64,000 nucleotides of DNA from a virus. A program made the translations under genes and the position numbers. Shown piece after piece: positions 1-9,135 of this stretch (its first letter is position 1; every line of letters starts with the position of its first letter). The notes under the pieces are model-generated. The model was not told where the DNA came from and did no database searches. It saw only the letters and a list, made by a program, of their open reading frames with translations. Location: the IMG/VR virus record IMGVR_UViG_3300022939_000017, positions 7,416 through 71,415 of that record; one strand, given 5' to 3'.

Positions 1-597
1 ATTTGCCTGTTTCTCACCCAATAATCGTTTGATTCTGTTGTACAACATTGGTGTATCGAAATAATCAATATTCCAGCCAGTTACAATAGATGGATTAATC
101 ATCTCATATAACTCTAAATATTTCATCAACATATCTCTTTCATCTCTGAAAGGTATAACAATACACTTATCAGTAGTTTTTTCTTCAAGTATCCCTTCTT
201 TATCCATAACCAAAACCCAATATTGATTGGTTGCAGAATCATGGAGTGCGATAGAAGTAAGTTCATTCTTCGCTTCTTGGGGGTCTGGTAATCCACTTTC
301 CATTTCACACTCAATATCGTATGTGAGAATTACATGACCAGTAGATGGTTCATCAGAATCAGAATACAAATCAACTAAAGCTCTTGTAGTTTCTGGTACA
401 TCTGATTCAAACAGATTGGGGTCATCTTTTTTAAACTTGTAAATCTTTGTTAACTTATCACCATAAATTGAAGTGTACTCCCCTCGTTCTGCTGGTTCAT
501 ATGCATATCGTGTATAAGGAAAACTCATATAACCTCGTTGGTCGTCCCAAACATGCATTAAATTTCTTTCTCGTTGATAATAAGCGTTTTGATACAT
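1..597 (-). CDS. Family B DNA polymerase, N-terminal/3'-5' exonuclease part (truncated by window edge)
   Basis: Not in the ORF track. Hand translation from ATG at 597 gives MYQNAYYQRERNLMHVWDD...TYDIECEM (ExoI)...VTGWNIDYFDTP (ExoII), open to position 1. Preceded by a Bacteroidota-type promoter. Confidence 0.85.
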   Translation of the reverse strand, partial: MYQNAYYQRERNLMHVWDDQRGYMSFPYTRYAYEPAERGEYTSIYGDKLTKIYKFKKDDPNLFESDVPETTRALVDLYSDSDEPSTGHVILTYDIECEMESGLPDPQEAKNELTSIALHDSATNQYWVLVMDKEGILEEKTTDKCIVIPFRDERDMLMKYLELYEMINPSIVTGWNIDYFDTPMLYNRIKRLLGEKQAN

Positions 598-600
598 AGT

Positions 601-635
601 TACAAATATACGAATTATTTTTCAAATATCCAAAT
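601..635 (-). promoter_or_regulatory. Bacteroidota housekeeping-sigma type promoter
   Basis: Coding strand TTTG-gatatttgaaaaataattcg(20 nt)-TATATTTG, matching the TTTG-N19-21-TAnnTTTG consensus. Confidence 0.75.
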
Positions 636-1865
636 TGGTTCACAAAATCTTTTATCTTTTGTTTCTTCTGCCAACTTTAATGTTTCTTCTTTATATTGTG
701 ATTCATCTTTTGCAGTTCCTGCTCCACCACTATTTGGCCTTTTGGCCATTTCCATACCAATACAACCTTTATAAGTTAGACCTTGAGAGGTTATAAAATC
801 TCCCATAGGATTAGTAATTTCTAACCATTGTCTATCTGTACTCCAAGATGAGTTAGTATAAACATCTGCAATGTTCACTGCAATCTTACCACCTTTCTTA
901 ACAGTTGGTATAATCTTACCAAGTGCTTTGTGTAAGAAGTGTTCATTCCATACATCAATGTTTTTATATCTTACCCAACTCTGAGTATCATCGTGTGAAT
1001 ATCGTTCTACTGAGAAATATGGTGGTGAAGTAAAAACTAAATCAAAATAGTTTTGATATTCACTATAATCGAAATCTTCAGCAGGTGAACAATAGAAATC
1101 AGTTTTAGTTGGTGATTCAAAGAACGAAGTGTGTTTAGTATAAAAATCTCTTTGTTGTTCATAGTAAGGATGATTTTCTTTTCGTGGGTCTAATCCTACA
1201 TAATGTTCAACAGTTTCACTTGAAAACGCACCAGCTAATCTATCACCCCAACCCATTGAGAAATCAAGAACTGTTTTAGCTTCATTCATATCGTAGAACA
1301 TCTTAGCTACATTTGGTTTGAATTGAGCACATATGTATTTTCTCAATCCAATCATAGTTCTTAATTCTTTTTTACCAACTTGTGGCAGTTTTAAAGAATA
1401 TGCAGCTCCCATCAAAGATGTCATAAACTTCTTTGATTCCCAAGTTCTTTTTGGACCAGGTGAAACCGCTCCATCTACTGACCACCTATTTTTTTGTTGA
1501 AAGTAATTTGATGCATTATTACCTGTATTTACTCGTGAGAAGTAAACTTGTTTTCCTTCGTATGTCAATGGGTAACGAGTTTGAGCAGCCTTTCGTGGAA
1601 ACCACTCACCTTCCTTTAGATACTCATTCCATCTAAATCCTTTTAGTTTTAGATAATCACTATAAGCATCTTCTTCAGTAATATCCGCATAAGGAATCGG
1701 ATATCTCATAAAAATTTCAGCTAATTTTTCTTTTACCTCATCCTTTGGATAAGTTTCTTTGATTAGTTCCCAATCTTCAGGCAGTATAGTAGGGTACTCA
1801 CCATCATAAGTACCCTTTTCATATTTTGCAAATAAATCTTCTCCGCTTGTCATAAGTGTGTCCAA
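615..1865 (-). CDS. DNA amino-methyltransferase (probably N4-cytosine, alpha motif order)
   Basis: Motif I LDFSMGWGDR precedes motif IV FTSPPYF. Confidence 0.8.
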   Translation of the reverse strand: MDTLMTSGEDLFAKYEKGTYDGEYPTILPEDWELIKETYPKDEVKEKLAEIFMRYPIPYADITEEDAYSDYLKLKGFRWNEYLKEGEWFPRKAAQTRYPLTYEGKQVYFSRVNTGNNASNYFQQKNRWSVDGAVSPGPKRTWESKKFMTSLMGAAYSLKLPQVGKKELRTMIGLRKYICAQFKPNVAKMFYDMNEAKTVLDFSMGWGDRLAGAFSSETVEHYVGLDPRKENHPYYEQQRDFYTKHTSFFESPTKTDFYCSPAEDFDYSEYQNYFDLVFTSPPYFSVERYSHDDTQSWVRYKNIDVWNEHFLHKALGKIIPTVKKGGKIAVNIADVYTNSSWSTDRQWLEITNPMGDFITSQGLTYKGCIGMEMAKRPNSGGAGTAKDESQYKEETLKLAEETKDKRFCEPIWIFEK

Positions 1866-2050
1866 GTTTTTCTCTTAACAATTTCTTCCACATTCCAAGT
1901 GGATACTTTAAAATTACGAGCTATAACATTAGTAGAGAACCCCTTTGAATAGAGTTCTCTAATTTGTAATACTTGTTCTGTTGTTAGCTTAGCCTTTGGA
2001 TGAGATTCTCCTCGTAACCTATTACTAAAAAACCATAAGGTTTTTGACAT
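1850..2050 (-). CDS. Small HTH DNA-binding protein resembling the C-terminal domain of phage HNH endonucleases
   Basis: RGESHPKAKLTTEQVLQIR...IARNFKVS...IVKRKTWTHL; no HNH catalytic part. Confidence 0.65.
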   Translation of the reverse strand: MSKTLWFFSNRLRGESHPKAKLTTEQVLQIRELYSKGFSTNVIARNFKVSTWNVEEIVKRKTWTHL

Positions 2051-2060
2051 AAATTTTGTT

Positions 2061-2297
2061 TTATATTCTATCGATTGGTATTGTAATTAAATGATAGTTT
2101 TCATATTGTGGATGTTTTTGAGTAAAATCCACTTTAGAATCTATCTTTAATTTAAAAGCAGTTTCTGTTTCTACATAGTATAAAACGGTAGAACCATCCA
2201 TACTACTTAGTTTTTTACTTTTGTTAAATGGAACTTTTGGAGTTCCTTTTATTACTTGTTCTTTTTCTTCTTTGAATGTAACTTTTATTGATGCCAT
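2061..2297 (-). CDS. Hypothetical protein
   Basis: 78-aa ORF in the gene-dense orientation with its own promoter motif. Confidence 0.6.
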   Translation of the reverse strand: MASIKVTFKEEKEQVIKGTPKVPFNKSKKLSSMDGSTVLYYVETETAFKLKIDSKVDFTQKHPQYENYHLITIPIDRI

Positions 2298-2317
2298 ATA
2301 TTAAGATTTATATTTGA

Positions 2318-2352
2318 TACAAATATACGAAAAATATTTGATAAATCCAAAT
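2318..2352 (-). promoter_or_regulatory. Bacteroidota-type promoter
   Basis: TTTGG...TTCGTATATTTGTA on the coding strand. Confidence 0.7.
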
Positions 2353-2358
2353 ATTTTT

Positions 2359-2622
2359 TTAATTTTTTAATTCATTGAGTGCATTTGAGTATGCCATCTC
2401 TGATTGTAATCCTGCAAATCTTTGAACTTCTTTACCATCTTTTTCAATAATAACCGTAGGAACTGAACGAACATAGTACTTTTGTGCTACTTCAAATTGT
2501 TCATCAATGTTAATATCTTGGAATGATACATCATTAAACTTACCTTTAACCTGTTCCATAATTGGTGTTAACATTTTACATGGACCACACCAAGTTGCAT
2601 AAAATTTCTTTACTTCTAACAT
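2359..2622 (-). CDS. trxA: Thioredoxin
   Basis: WCGPC active site, VRSVPT cis-Pro motif, adjacent to RNR. Confidence 0.95.
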   Translation of the reverse strand: MLEVKKFYATWCGPCKMLTPIMEQVKGKFNDVSFQDINIDEQFEVAQKYYVRSVPTVIIEKDGKEVQRFAGLQSEMAYSNALNELKN

Positions 2623-2641
2623 AATTTCTCCTATTTAATTA

Positions 2642-4426
2642 TTATCCATCGCAAGCTACACAATCAGGGTCAACTGCTCGTGTTGCGATATCACCTCTGA
2701 GTACTGACTCAGTTCTCATATAATATAACGTTTTGATTCCTTGTTTCCATGCTTCCAAAGTAACTTGATTAATCCACTTTGGAGATGCAATCGAAGGGAA
2801 TGCAAGATTTAATGAAACAGCTTGGTCAATATATTGTTGTCTTACACCAGCTTGTTTAACTAAATCCATTTGATTTATTTCTTTAAATGTTCTAAATACA
2901 TCCTTGACAGGGTAGATTTTTTCTCTATCACCATTTTCTATTTCACCACATAGAACCATCTTACCATCTAAGTAACACCACTTATCGAGTTCGGTTAATC
3001 CTTGAATAGAACCACCATCTTCTAAGATTTGGTCCCAAGTATCTTTATTATTAATACCTGCTTTTCTTAAAACTTTTTCCAATTCTTTATTTCTACGAAT
3101 AAAAGTTCCTTTTGCAGTTTGTTCTGTGAATATATTTGCTGCCCATGGTTCAATACCTGGTGATACATTCCCACTCAACTTTGAGTTGGATACTGTTGGT
3201 GCAACTGCTCTAAGGTGTGTGTTTCTAAATCCACTTTCTTTACACCATAGTGGTTCACCATATTCTGTTGCTAAATCACGAGATGCTCTTTCTGATTCAA
3301 TCTTCATTTGGGAGAAGATTTTACGAGTTTCAAACTGTGCCTCCATACCTTCAAATGGAATACCTCTTTGTTGTAAGTAAGTATGCCATCCTAAAACTCC
3401 CAATCCTAATGCTCTACCTTTTTCTGCAGATGCAACTGAGTTTTCGAATCCTCTCATGTTCTTAGCCTTTTGGATAAACTCTGAAAGTACTCCATCTAAG
3501 AACCAAGTTGCGGTATAAATTAAATCAGTATCCTTCCACTCATCATACTTTGCTAAGTTGATTGAAGATAAACAACAAACGAATGAGTGATTCTCATCTG
3601 TATGTAGAGTAATTTCCGAACAGATATTAGTCATGAATACTTTTAATCCATTCTTTTTGTACATCTCTGGATTATTCTTATTCACATTTCCTTTAAACAT
3701 GATATAAGGTTCACCAGTTGCTTTTCTTTTTTGTAGTAATTTTCCCCACTTTCTTCTTGCAACCTCATCACCATCTTGAAGTTTTCTCATAAACTTATCA
3801 CCTACAACTGCACATTGGTGTAGGTTGAGTGATTGTCTATTTACATCACCTTTTGGTTCTCTGATTTCTAACCACTCTTCAAAATCTTTGTGTTCAATGT
3901 TAAGGTTAACCGATGCGGCACCTCTTCTTACTGAACCTTGATTGGTTGCAAGGATTGTAGAATCATATATTTTTGTAAATGGTACAACACCATCAGATGT
4001 TCCATTACCTGTAATTGGTGCACCTGCTGGTCTAATCTGATTAATACCTATACCAACCCCACCACCATGTTTAGCAAGTAACATGAGTTCTAAGTTCTTT
4101 TTTCCAATATCATAAATAGAATCGGCTACATCGATACCAAAACAAGAGATAGGTAATCCTCTATCAGTGCCTGTATTTGAAAGGACTGGGGTTGCTAAGT
4201 TCAACCAACCTTTCCAAATATAATCAAAGAACTTAGTTGCTAAATGTGGTTTGTTTAATCTCTGAGCTACTCGTGTTGCAACTCTCCAATAAGCATCTTT
4301 AGGTTTTTCACCAGCAAGTAAGTAACCTTTAGAGATTGTTTTTACATAAATCTCTGTATTACCCCATGATGGAAAATCTACATCAAGTTCCCAACCTAAT
4401 TCTTCTCCGTAATTTATCTTAGCCAT
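2642..4426 (-). CDS. nrdA: Class Ia ribonucleotide reductase alpha subunit (short, no ATP cone)
   Basis: ISCF, TNICSEI, AVAPTVS, KTLYYMR and C-terminal CVAC motifs. Confidence 0.95.
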   Translation of the reverse strand: MAKINYGEELGWELDVDFPSWGNTEIYVKTISKGYLLAGEKPKDAYWRVATRVAQRLNKPHLATKFFDYIWKGWLNLATPVLSNTGTDRGLPISCFGIDVADSIYDIGKKNLELMLLAKHGGGVGIGINQIRPAGAPITGNGTSDGVVPFTKIYDSTILATNQGSVRRGAASVNLNIEHKDFEEWLEIREPKGDVNRQSLNLHQCAVVGDKFMRKLQDGDEVARRKWGKLLQKRKATGEPYIMFKGNVNKNNPEMYKKNGLKVFMTNICSEITLHTDENHSFVCCLSSINLAKYDEWKDTDLIYTATWFLDGVLSEFIQKAKNMRGFENSVASAEKGRALGLGVLGWHTYLQQRGIPFEGMEAQFETRKIFSQMKIESERASRDLATEYGEPLWCKESGFRNTHLRAVAPTVSNSKLSGNVSPGIEPWAANIFTEQTAKGTFIRRNKELEKVLRKAGINNKDTWDQILEDGGSIQGLTELDKWCYLDGKMVLCGEIENGDREKIYPVKDVFRTFKEINQMDLVKQAGVRQQYIDQAVSLNLAFPSIASPKWINQVTLEAWKQGIKTLYYMRTESVLRGDIATRAVDPDCVACDG

Positions 4427-4551
4427 TTCTTTTTAATTTTATAATATTATACTTTATTGCTCTCCACAACATATTCATAGCAATACCAGAAGTATTTGGA
4501 TAATATTTAATACTTCTACCTCCCATGACTGGGTGTTTTCTAATGTGATAA

Positions 4552-4857
4552 TCAGTTTTCATTCTTTACAAAAACACCATCAACAGTTTTACCTGTTCTA
4601 TCTTTTATTTCATTCCATGCTGCCTCTAAACATTCTGTTGGTGATAAACCCAATTGTTTAGATAAAATAATAAGTGTAACGAAAGAGTCTCCAATACCAT
4701 CTTTAATCTCTGTTTCGTTTCCTTTTAAAAGTGCTCCTGCAGTTTCTCCAACTTCTTCTAACACTTTTAACATTTGTTTGGGAGCATTATCTTTTACAAG
4801 GATTCCTTTCTCCTGTGCCCAAACTAATACGTTATCTGATAATTCATCAAATGTCAT
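4552..4857 (-). CDS. MazG-like nucleotide pyrophosphohydrolase
   Basis: KVLEEVGE...IKDGIGD...EIKDRTG motifs. Confidence 0.85.
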   Translation of the reverse strand: MTFDELSDNVLVWAQEKGILVKDNAPKQMLKVLEEVGETAGALLKGNETEIKDGIGDSFVTLIILSKQLGLSPTECLEAAWNEIKDRTGKTVDGVFVKNEN

Positions 4858-4873
4858 AATTGTAACCTTTTAT

Positions 4874-5869
4874 TTAAAATAAATCATCCCAATCCTCACC
4901 CTCGTTTGCCTTACTATAATCAGTAGGTCTTATTGCGAAGAAATCGGTGTGAGTATGTCCACCAGTCAAGTGGTAGAACCAATCGAGATTATCTGCTTTT
5001 TTATTGTTATATTCAAAGATACCTTCGTATCCTAATTCTTCCAACTTAGAGTTGGTTCTTGCTTTTATAAATTCTTTTAAATCAGATGCTGATAGGTTTT
5101 CTAAATCACCCATCTCAAACATCTTATCAATAAAATTAGATTCGAGTTCTACGATTAATTTTGAAGCCTCTTGAATTGAATCTTTACATTGTTCTAACAA
5201 TTCAGGATATTCATCACACATATGTCTGAACAACTGACAACCCATACGAGAATGAAGAGATTCATCTCTTACACTCCATTTCATTTGTTGTCCAATACCT
5301 TTTAACTTGTTTCTCATTTGGAATGAGTAGAGTACCGCAAATGAAGAATATAGTGATACTCCTTCAGCGAATGCTGAAAAGATTGCTAAACTTCTACCAA
5401 CTTCTTGTCTTGCCTTTTCGTTGGTTTGTAAATCTTCATGTGTCCAATCAGCAGTTGTTGAAGTTAGGAGTTCGAACTTCTCGGCAGTTGCAGGTTCGTG
5501 CAAAAATGCCTCGAAGTCCTCTAACCCTAATGTTTCATTTAGGTAAGAATATGCAGTAGCATGGATAGTTTCTTGTGAACCAAACATCATTGCCATCTGA
5601 CGGATTTCGTGTTTAGGAAACCATTTGGTTACCATCGTTGTCCAATAATCAGAAACTGCACATTCGGTTTGAGCAAATCCAAGTAAGATATTTCCTACCA
5701 AGTTTTTTTCTTCAGATGTAAGTGTTTCGTTCCAATCTTTAACATCCATTTGCATGGGTATCTCAGTATGAAGCCAAAATGCTTGTGCCTGTTTCAACCA
5801 ACCTTCATTATAGTAGATTGGATATTCGAATGGTTTGAAAGGAATTCTTTCTTGGAATAGTTTGCTCAT
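4874..5869 (-). CDS. nrdB: Class Ia ribonucleotide reductase beta subunit
   Basis: QETIHATAYS, AEGVSLYSSF, RDESLH, DFFA and DWDDLF terminus. Confidence 0.95.
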   Translation of the reverse strand: MSKLFQERIPFKPFEYPIYYNEGWLKQAQAFWLHTEIPMQMDVKDWNETLTSEEKNLVGNILLGFAQTECAVSDYWTTMVTKWFPKHEIRQMAMMFGSQETIHATAYSYLNETLGLEDFEAFLHEPATAEKFELLTSTTADWTHEDLQTNEKARQEVGRSLAIFSAFAEGVSLYSSFAVLYSFQMRNKLKGIGQQMKWSVRDESLHSRMGCQLFRHMCDEYPELLEQCKDSIQEASKLIVELESNFIDKMFEMGDLENLSASDLKEFIKARTNSKLEELGYEGIFEYNNKKADNLDWFYHLTGGHTHTDFFAIRPTDYSKANEGEDWDDLF

Positions 5870-5888
5870 GTTTTTATAACCTATGTGT

Positions 5889-6059
5889 TTATTTGTTTTC
5901 TTCTACTGATGCTTTTCTGTAATCTGTTACAAGTTTTTTAATTTCACCGATGTGTTTTCTAGCTCTCGATTTAGCTGCTTTTGATGAACCATTGTGTTCT
6001 TCTTCGAATTGAACAAACAAATCTTTAATTTGTTCAAAAAGTTCTTGTGAATTTGCCAT
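5889..6059 (-). CDS. Histone H1-like (Hc1-type) small nucleoid protein, 56 aa
   Basis: Below the ORF-track cutoff. Hand translation MANSQELFEQIKDLFVQFEEEHNGSSKAAKSRARKHIGEIKKLVTDYRKASVEENK has the KAA..RARK...YRK.S pattern of Bacteroidota Hc1-like proteins; AGGA RBS upstream. Confidence 0.75.
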   Translation of the reverse strand: MANSQELFEQIKDLFVQFEEEHNGSSKAAKSRARKHIGEIKKLVTDYRKASVEENK

Positions 6060-6232
6060 AAAATATTCCTTTTTTTAAAATTGATTAGAACCACTCTACT
6101 TCGAGTGGGTGTTTATAATTATCATATATATCCAAAAACAAAATTGTTTTTGTGTTATTTTTTTTAACTTTTTAATTTTGTTATACTAACTTAATTTTTT
6201 AATGAGGGGTGTGATAATTTTTTGATACACTA

Positions 6233-7762
6233 TCACCAAAATTTTTTTGATGATTTGTTAATTTTAACCCTTTTATTTTTTTGTTTATCATATGGATTAT
6301 CTTTCTCATATTGAATACGAGCAGTTGCAATCTCCATATATTCTTTTTCTCGTTCTATACCAACAAAGTCAAACCCACCTCTAACTGCAGCCTTACCTGT
6401 TGAACCACTACCCATAAACGGGTCAAGAGTTGTTCCACCTTTTGGAGTTACTAATCTGATTAAGTATAACATCAAATCAGTTGGTTTTACAGTTGGGTGG
6501 TTATTTTTACTATAAGGATTACGAGTATTTCCTCCTCCCGTTAATGCATTTTCAAAGTTCTGCGATGTTATATGAGATTTTCTCTTTTCTTCAAACCCAT
6601 CCAACCCTTCGTTTCTATCAGTTTTAGAAGTTTTTGGACAATAGAAGAAACGAGATGCTCCACCTTCATCACCACCATAGTTTCTGTCTATTATACCACC
6701 ACCACCGCCGTTGGCATAACTATTTCCCGTTCCAACACCTCTTTTATGACCTGCATTTAGATTACCACTTTTCAATATACCAGTTTGTTCATCCAAGATT
6801 TTACCAGCTTCTTCATCAAAGATTATGTTTGCAGGAAATCTGCCTTGTTGATACTCCCATTCAAGATTTTCATAACTTTTTACATCAGGTGTGTCTTTAT
6901 TGTTTTCTTTATATACCTGTGAAAATGTATTACCAATATGTCTTTTTTGTGGGATAATTTCAGTTCCTATCCTACTTTCATCTATGTTTATTCCACCTGT
7001 TCCCCACTCTAATACATTATCAACTACTGTTTTTTCTGAAAGTGGTTTTCTTGCCATTACTATTGGTTCATGTGCGGGTTTAAGAGCAGTTCCCCAACCT
7101 TCCCATTCAGTATTTCCTTTGGTTACTTCGATTTCACCTGGTGTATAATCTCCACCAATGTTTTGCATTACACCAAGATTTGTTTTTAGTTTTCCTAAAA
7201 CTTCTCTTTTAGTTTCAATAATTGGATTATTTTCTAAATTTAATATTTCTATAAGTTTATTAAATTGTTCTGGTGTTATACTACCCCTACCTGTTTCCCA
7301 ATTAGATACAGTACCTCCATGATTTGTTTTTCCATAAAATTTACCAAGTTCAGCAAGTTGTATAGTAGATAATCCCATTTCTAATCGTTTCTTCTTTACG
7401 AGTTCAGCAACTTCTTTACCAAGTGAATTTCCACCTTGTTTATCAACTGCTTTACCAATGTTATGTGATTTAGGAAAGCCACTTCCATATATCCACATGA
7501 TTTGGTCTCTAATCTCAAATCCCGCATCTTCTATTCTAATCGCCATTCGGTGATAAGTTCTACTACCAGCAAATGATAAAAGATGACCACCTGGTTTTAG
7601 AACTCTATAACATTGTTCCCAAATCTCTTGTGAAGGAACATCGTAATCCCATTTCTTTCCCATAAAGGATAAACCATATGGAGGGTCTGTAACTATTGAG
7701 TCAATACTATTATCATCTAACTCTTTGAGTTTGTCTATACAATCTCCTAATAATAATTTCAT
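6233..7762 (-). CDS. Beta-class N6A/N4C DNA methyltransferase with inserted XRE-type HTH
   Basis: TDPPYG at the N-terminus, HPTVKP and DPFMGSGSTG at the C-terminus; internal VKKKRLEMGLSTIQLAE...TVSNWETG. Confidence 0.9.
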   Translation of the reverse strand: MKLLLGDCIDKLKELDDNSIDSIVTDPPYGLSFMGKKWDYDVPSQEIWEQCYRVLKPGGHLLSFAGSRTYHRMAIRIEDAGFEIRDQIMWIYGSGFPKSHNIGKAVDKQGGNSLGKEVAELVKKKRLEMGLSTIQLAELGKFYGKTNHGGTVSNWETGRGSITPEQFNKLIEILNLENNPIIETKREVLGKLKTNLGVMQNIGGDYTPGEIEVTKGNTEWEGWGTALKPAHEPIVMARKPLSEKTVVDNVLEWGTGGINIDESRIGTEIIPQKRHIGNTFSQVYKENNKDTPDVKSYENLEWEYQQGRFPANIIFDEEAGKILDEQTGILKSGNLNAGHKRGVGTGNSYANGGGGGIIDRNYGGDEGGASRFFYCPKTSKTDRNEGLDGFEEKRKSHITSQNFENALTGGGNTRNPYSKNNHPTVKPTDLMLYLIRLVTPKGGTTLDPFMGSGSTGKAAVRGGFDFVGIEREKEYMEIATARIQYEKDNPYDKQKNKRVKINKSSKKFW

Positions 7763-7763
7763 A

Positions 7764-9134
7764 TTACCAAAATTTATTTGAGTTTTTATTTATTTCTATT
7801 CTTTCTCCTTTTTCTTCGTTGTAAGGATTATCTTGTTCATATTGGATTCTTGCTTTAGCAATCTCCATATATTCTTTATCCATTTCTATACCAACGAAAT
7901 CAAACCCACCTCTAACTGCAGCCTTACCTGTTGAACCACTACCCATAAAAGGGTCAAGTGTTGTTCCACTTTTTGGAGTAACCATTCTAATAAGATATAA
8001 CATCAAATCAGTTGGTTTTACTGTTGGGTGATTGTTTTTCTTCGGTTGAACAGGTTTTCGTTCTGAGCCATCTGGTCTGAACTTATTAGTATTCATACCA
8101 TAGGGTTGTCCATCATCCCTCTTTGGTGCCTCCTTATCCTCAAAATCATCTAATCCTTCATTCCTATCAGTTTTAGAAGTTTTTGGACAATAAAAGAAAC
8201 GAGATGCTCCACCACTATCACCATAATATGTTTGTTCTAACTCATTATCAGCAGAACCATATATTCCATTCTTACCCCAACCTTTATACTTTCCTGGCAT
8301 ATCACCACTTTTTAGTTCACCAGTTTGTTCATCAAGGATTTTACCAGCTTCTTCATCAAAGATTATGTTTGCAGGAAATCTACCTTGTGGGTTTATTTGA
8401 CTTTCTTGATTTGGTATTTTATCAGGTCTTGGATTTCCATTATTGGCAAAGTTAGTTGTATGAACATTTTTATTATCAATACTTCTATGGTTTGGGTCAT
8501 TCTCATCAACTCCTATTCTACTTGCATCTATATTTATTCCACCAGTTCCCCATTCTAATACATTATCAACTACTGTTTTTTCACTCAAAGGTTTTCTGGC
8601 CATTACGATTGGTTCGTGTGCAGGTTTTAATGCAGTTCCCCAACCTTCCCATTCACTATTACCTTTTGTTATAGTTTGTGTTCCATATCCAAATTGTTTG
8701 GTATTATTTCTATTTGCAGGGTCAGCTAAGTAACCAGCACCATTTTCCTTTGCCTTTTGAACATCACCCCTTACTTTTTCACCAACTACTTCTCTTTGAT
8801 TACCAAGTTTTTTATCAACTTGTATTCCTATATTGAGTGATTTTGGAAAACCTGAACCATATATCCACATGATTTGGTCTCTTATTTCAAAACCTGCATC
8901 CTCAATCCTAACTGCCATTCTATGGTAAGTTCTACTACCAGCAAATGATAAAAGATGACCACCTGGTTTTAGAACCCTATAACATTCTTCCCATATTTCT
9001 TGTGAGGGAACATCGTAATCCCATTTTTTTCCCATAAAAGATAAACCATAGGGTGGGTCTGTAACAATACTATCTACACTATTGTCATCAAGTTCTTTCA
9101 GTTTATCTATACAATCTCCTAATAATAACTTCAT
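7764..9134 (-). CDS. Beta-class N6A/N4C DNA methyltransferase (tandem paralogue)
   Basis: Same motifs as the neighbour. Start reassigned to ATG at 9134 (MKLLLGDC), matching the paralogue and following the dnaB stop. Confidence 0.9.
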   Translation of the reverse strand: MKLLLGDCIDKLKELDDNSVDSIVTDPPYGLSFMGKKWDYDVPSQEIWEECYRVLKPGGHLLSFAGSRTYHRMAVRIEDAGFEIRDQIMWIYGSGFPKSLNIGIQVDKKLGNQREVVGEKVRGDVQKAKENGAGYLADPANRNNTKQFGYGTQTITKGNSEWEGWGTALKPAHEPIVMARKPLSEKTVVDNVLEWGTGGINIDASRIGVDENDPNHRSIDNKNVHTTNFANNGNPRPDKIPNQESQINPQGRFPANIIFDEEAGKILDEQTGELKSGDMPGKYKGWGKNGIYGSADNELEQTYYGDSGGASRFFYCPKTSKTDRNEGLDDFEDKEAPKRDDGQPYGMNTNKFRPDGSERKPVQPKKNNHPTVKPTDLMLYLIRMVTPKSGTTLDPFMGSGSTGKAAVRGGFDFVGIEMDKEYMEIAKARIQYEQDNPYNEEKGERIEINKNSNKFW

Positions 9135-9135
9135 A

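Noticed and set aside
126-314. 62-aa minus-strand ORF
   Set aside because: It is an out-of-frame ORF inside the PolB reading frame (597 to 1).
4419-4562. Possible ~47-aa ORF (MKTDYHIRKHPV...) between mazG and nrdA
   Set aside because: It fills the gap with overlaps but has no motif support, so it is too uncertain to list.
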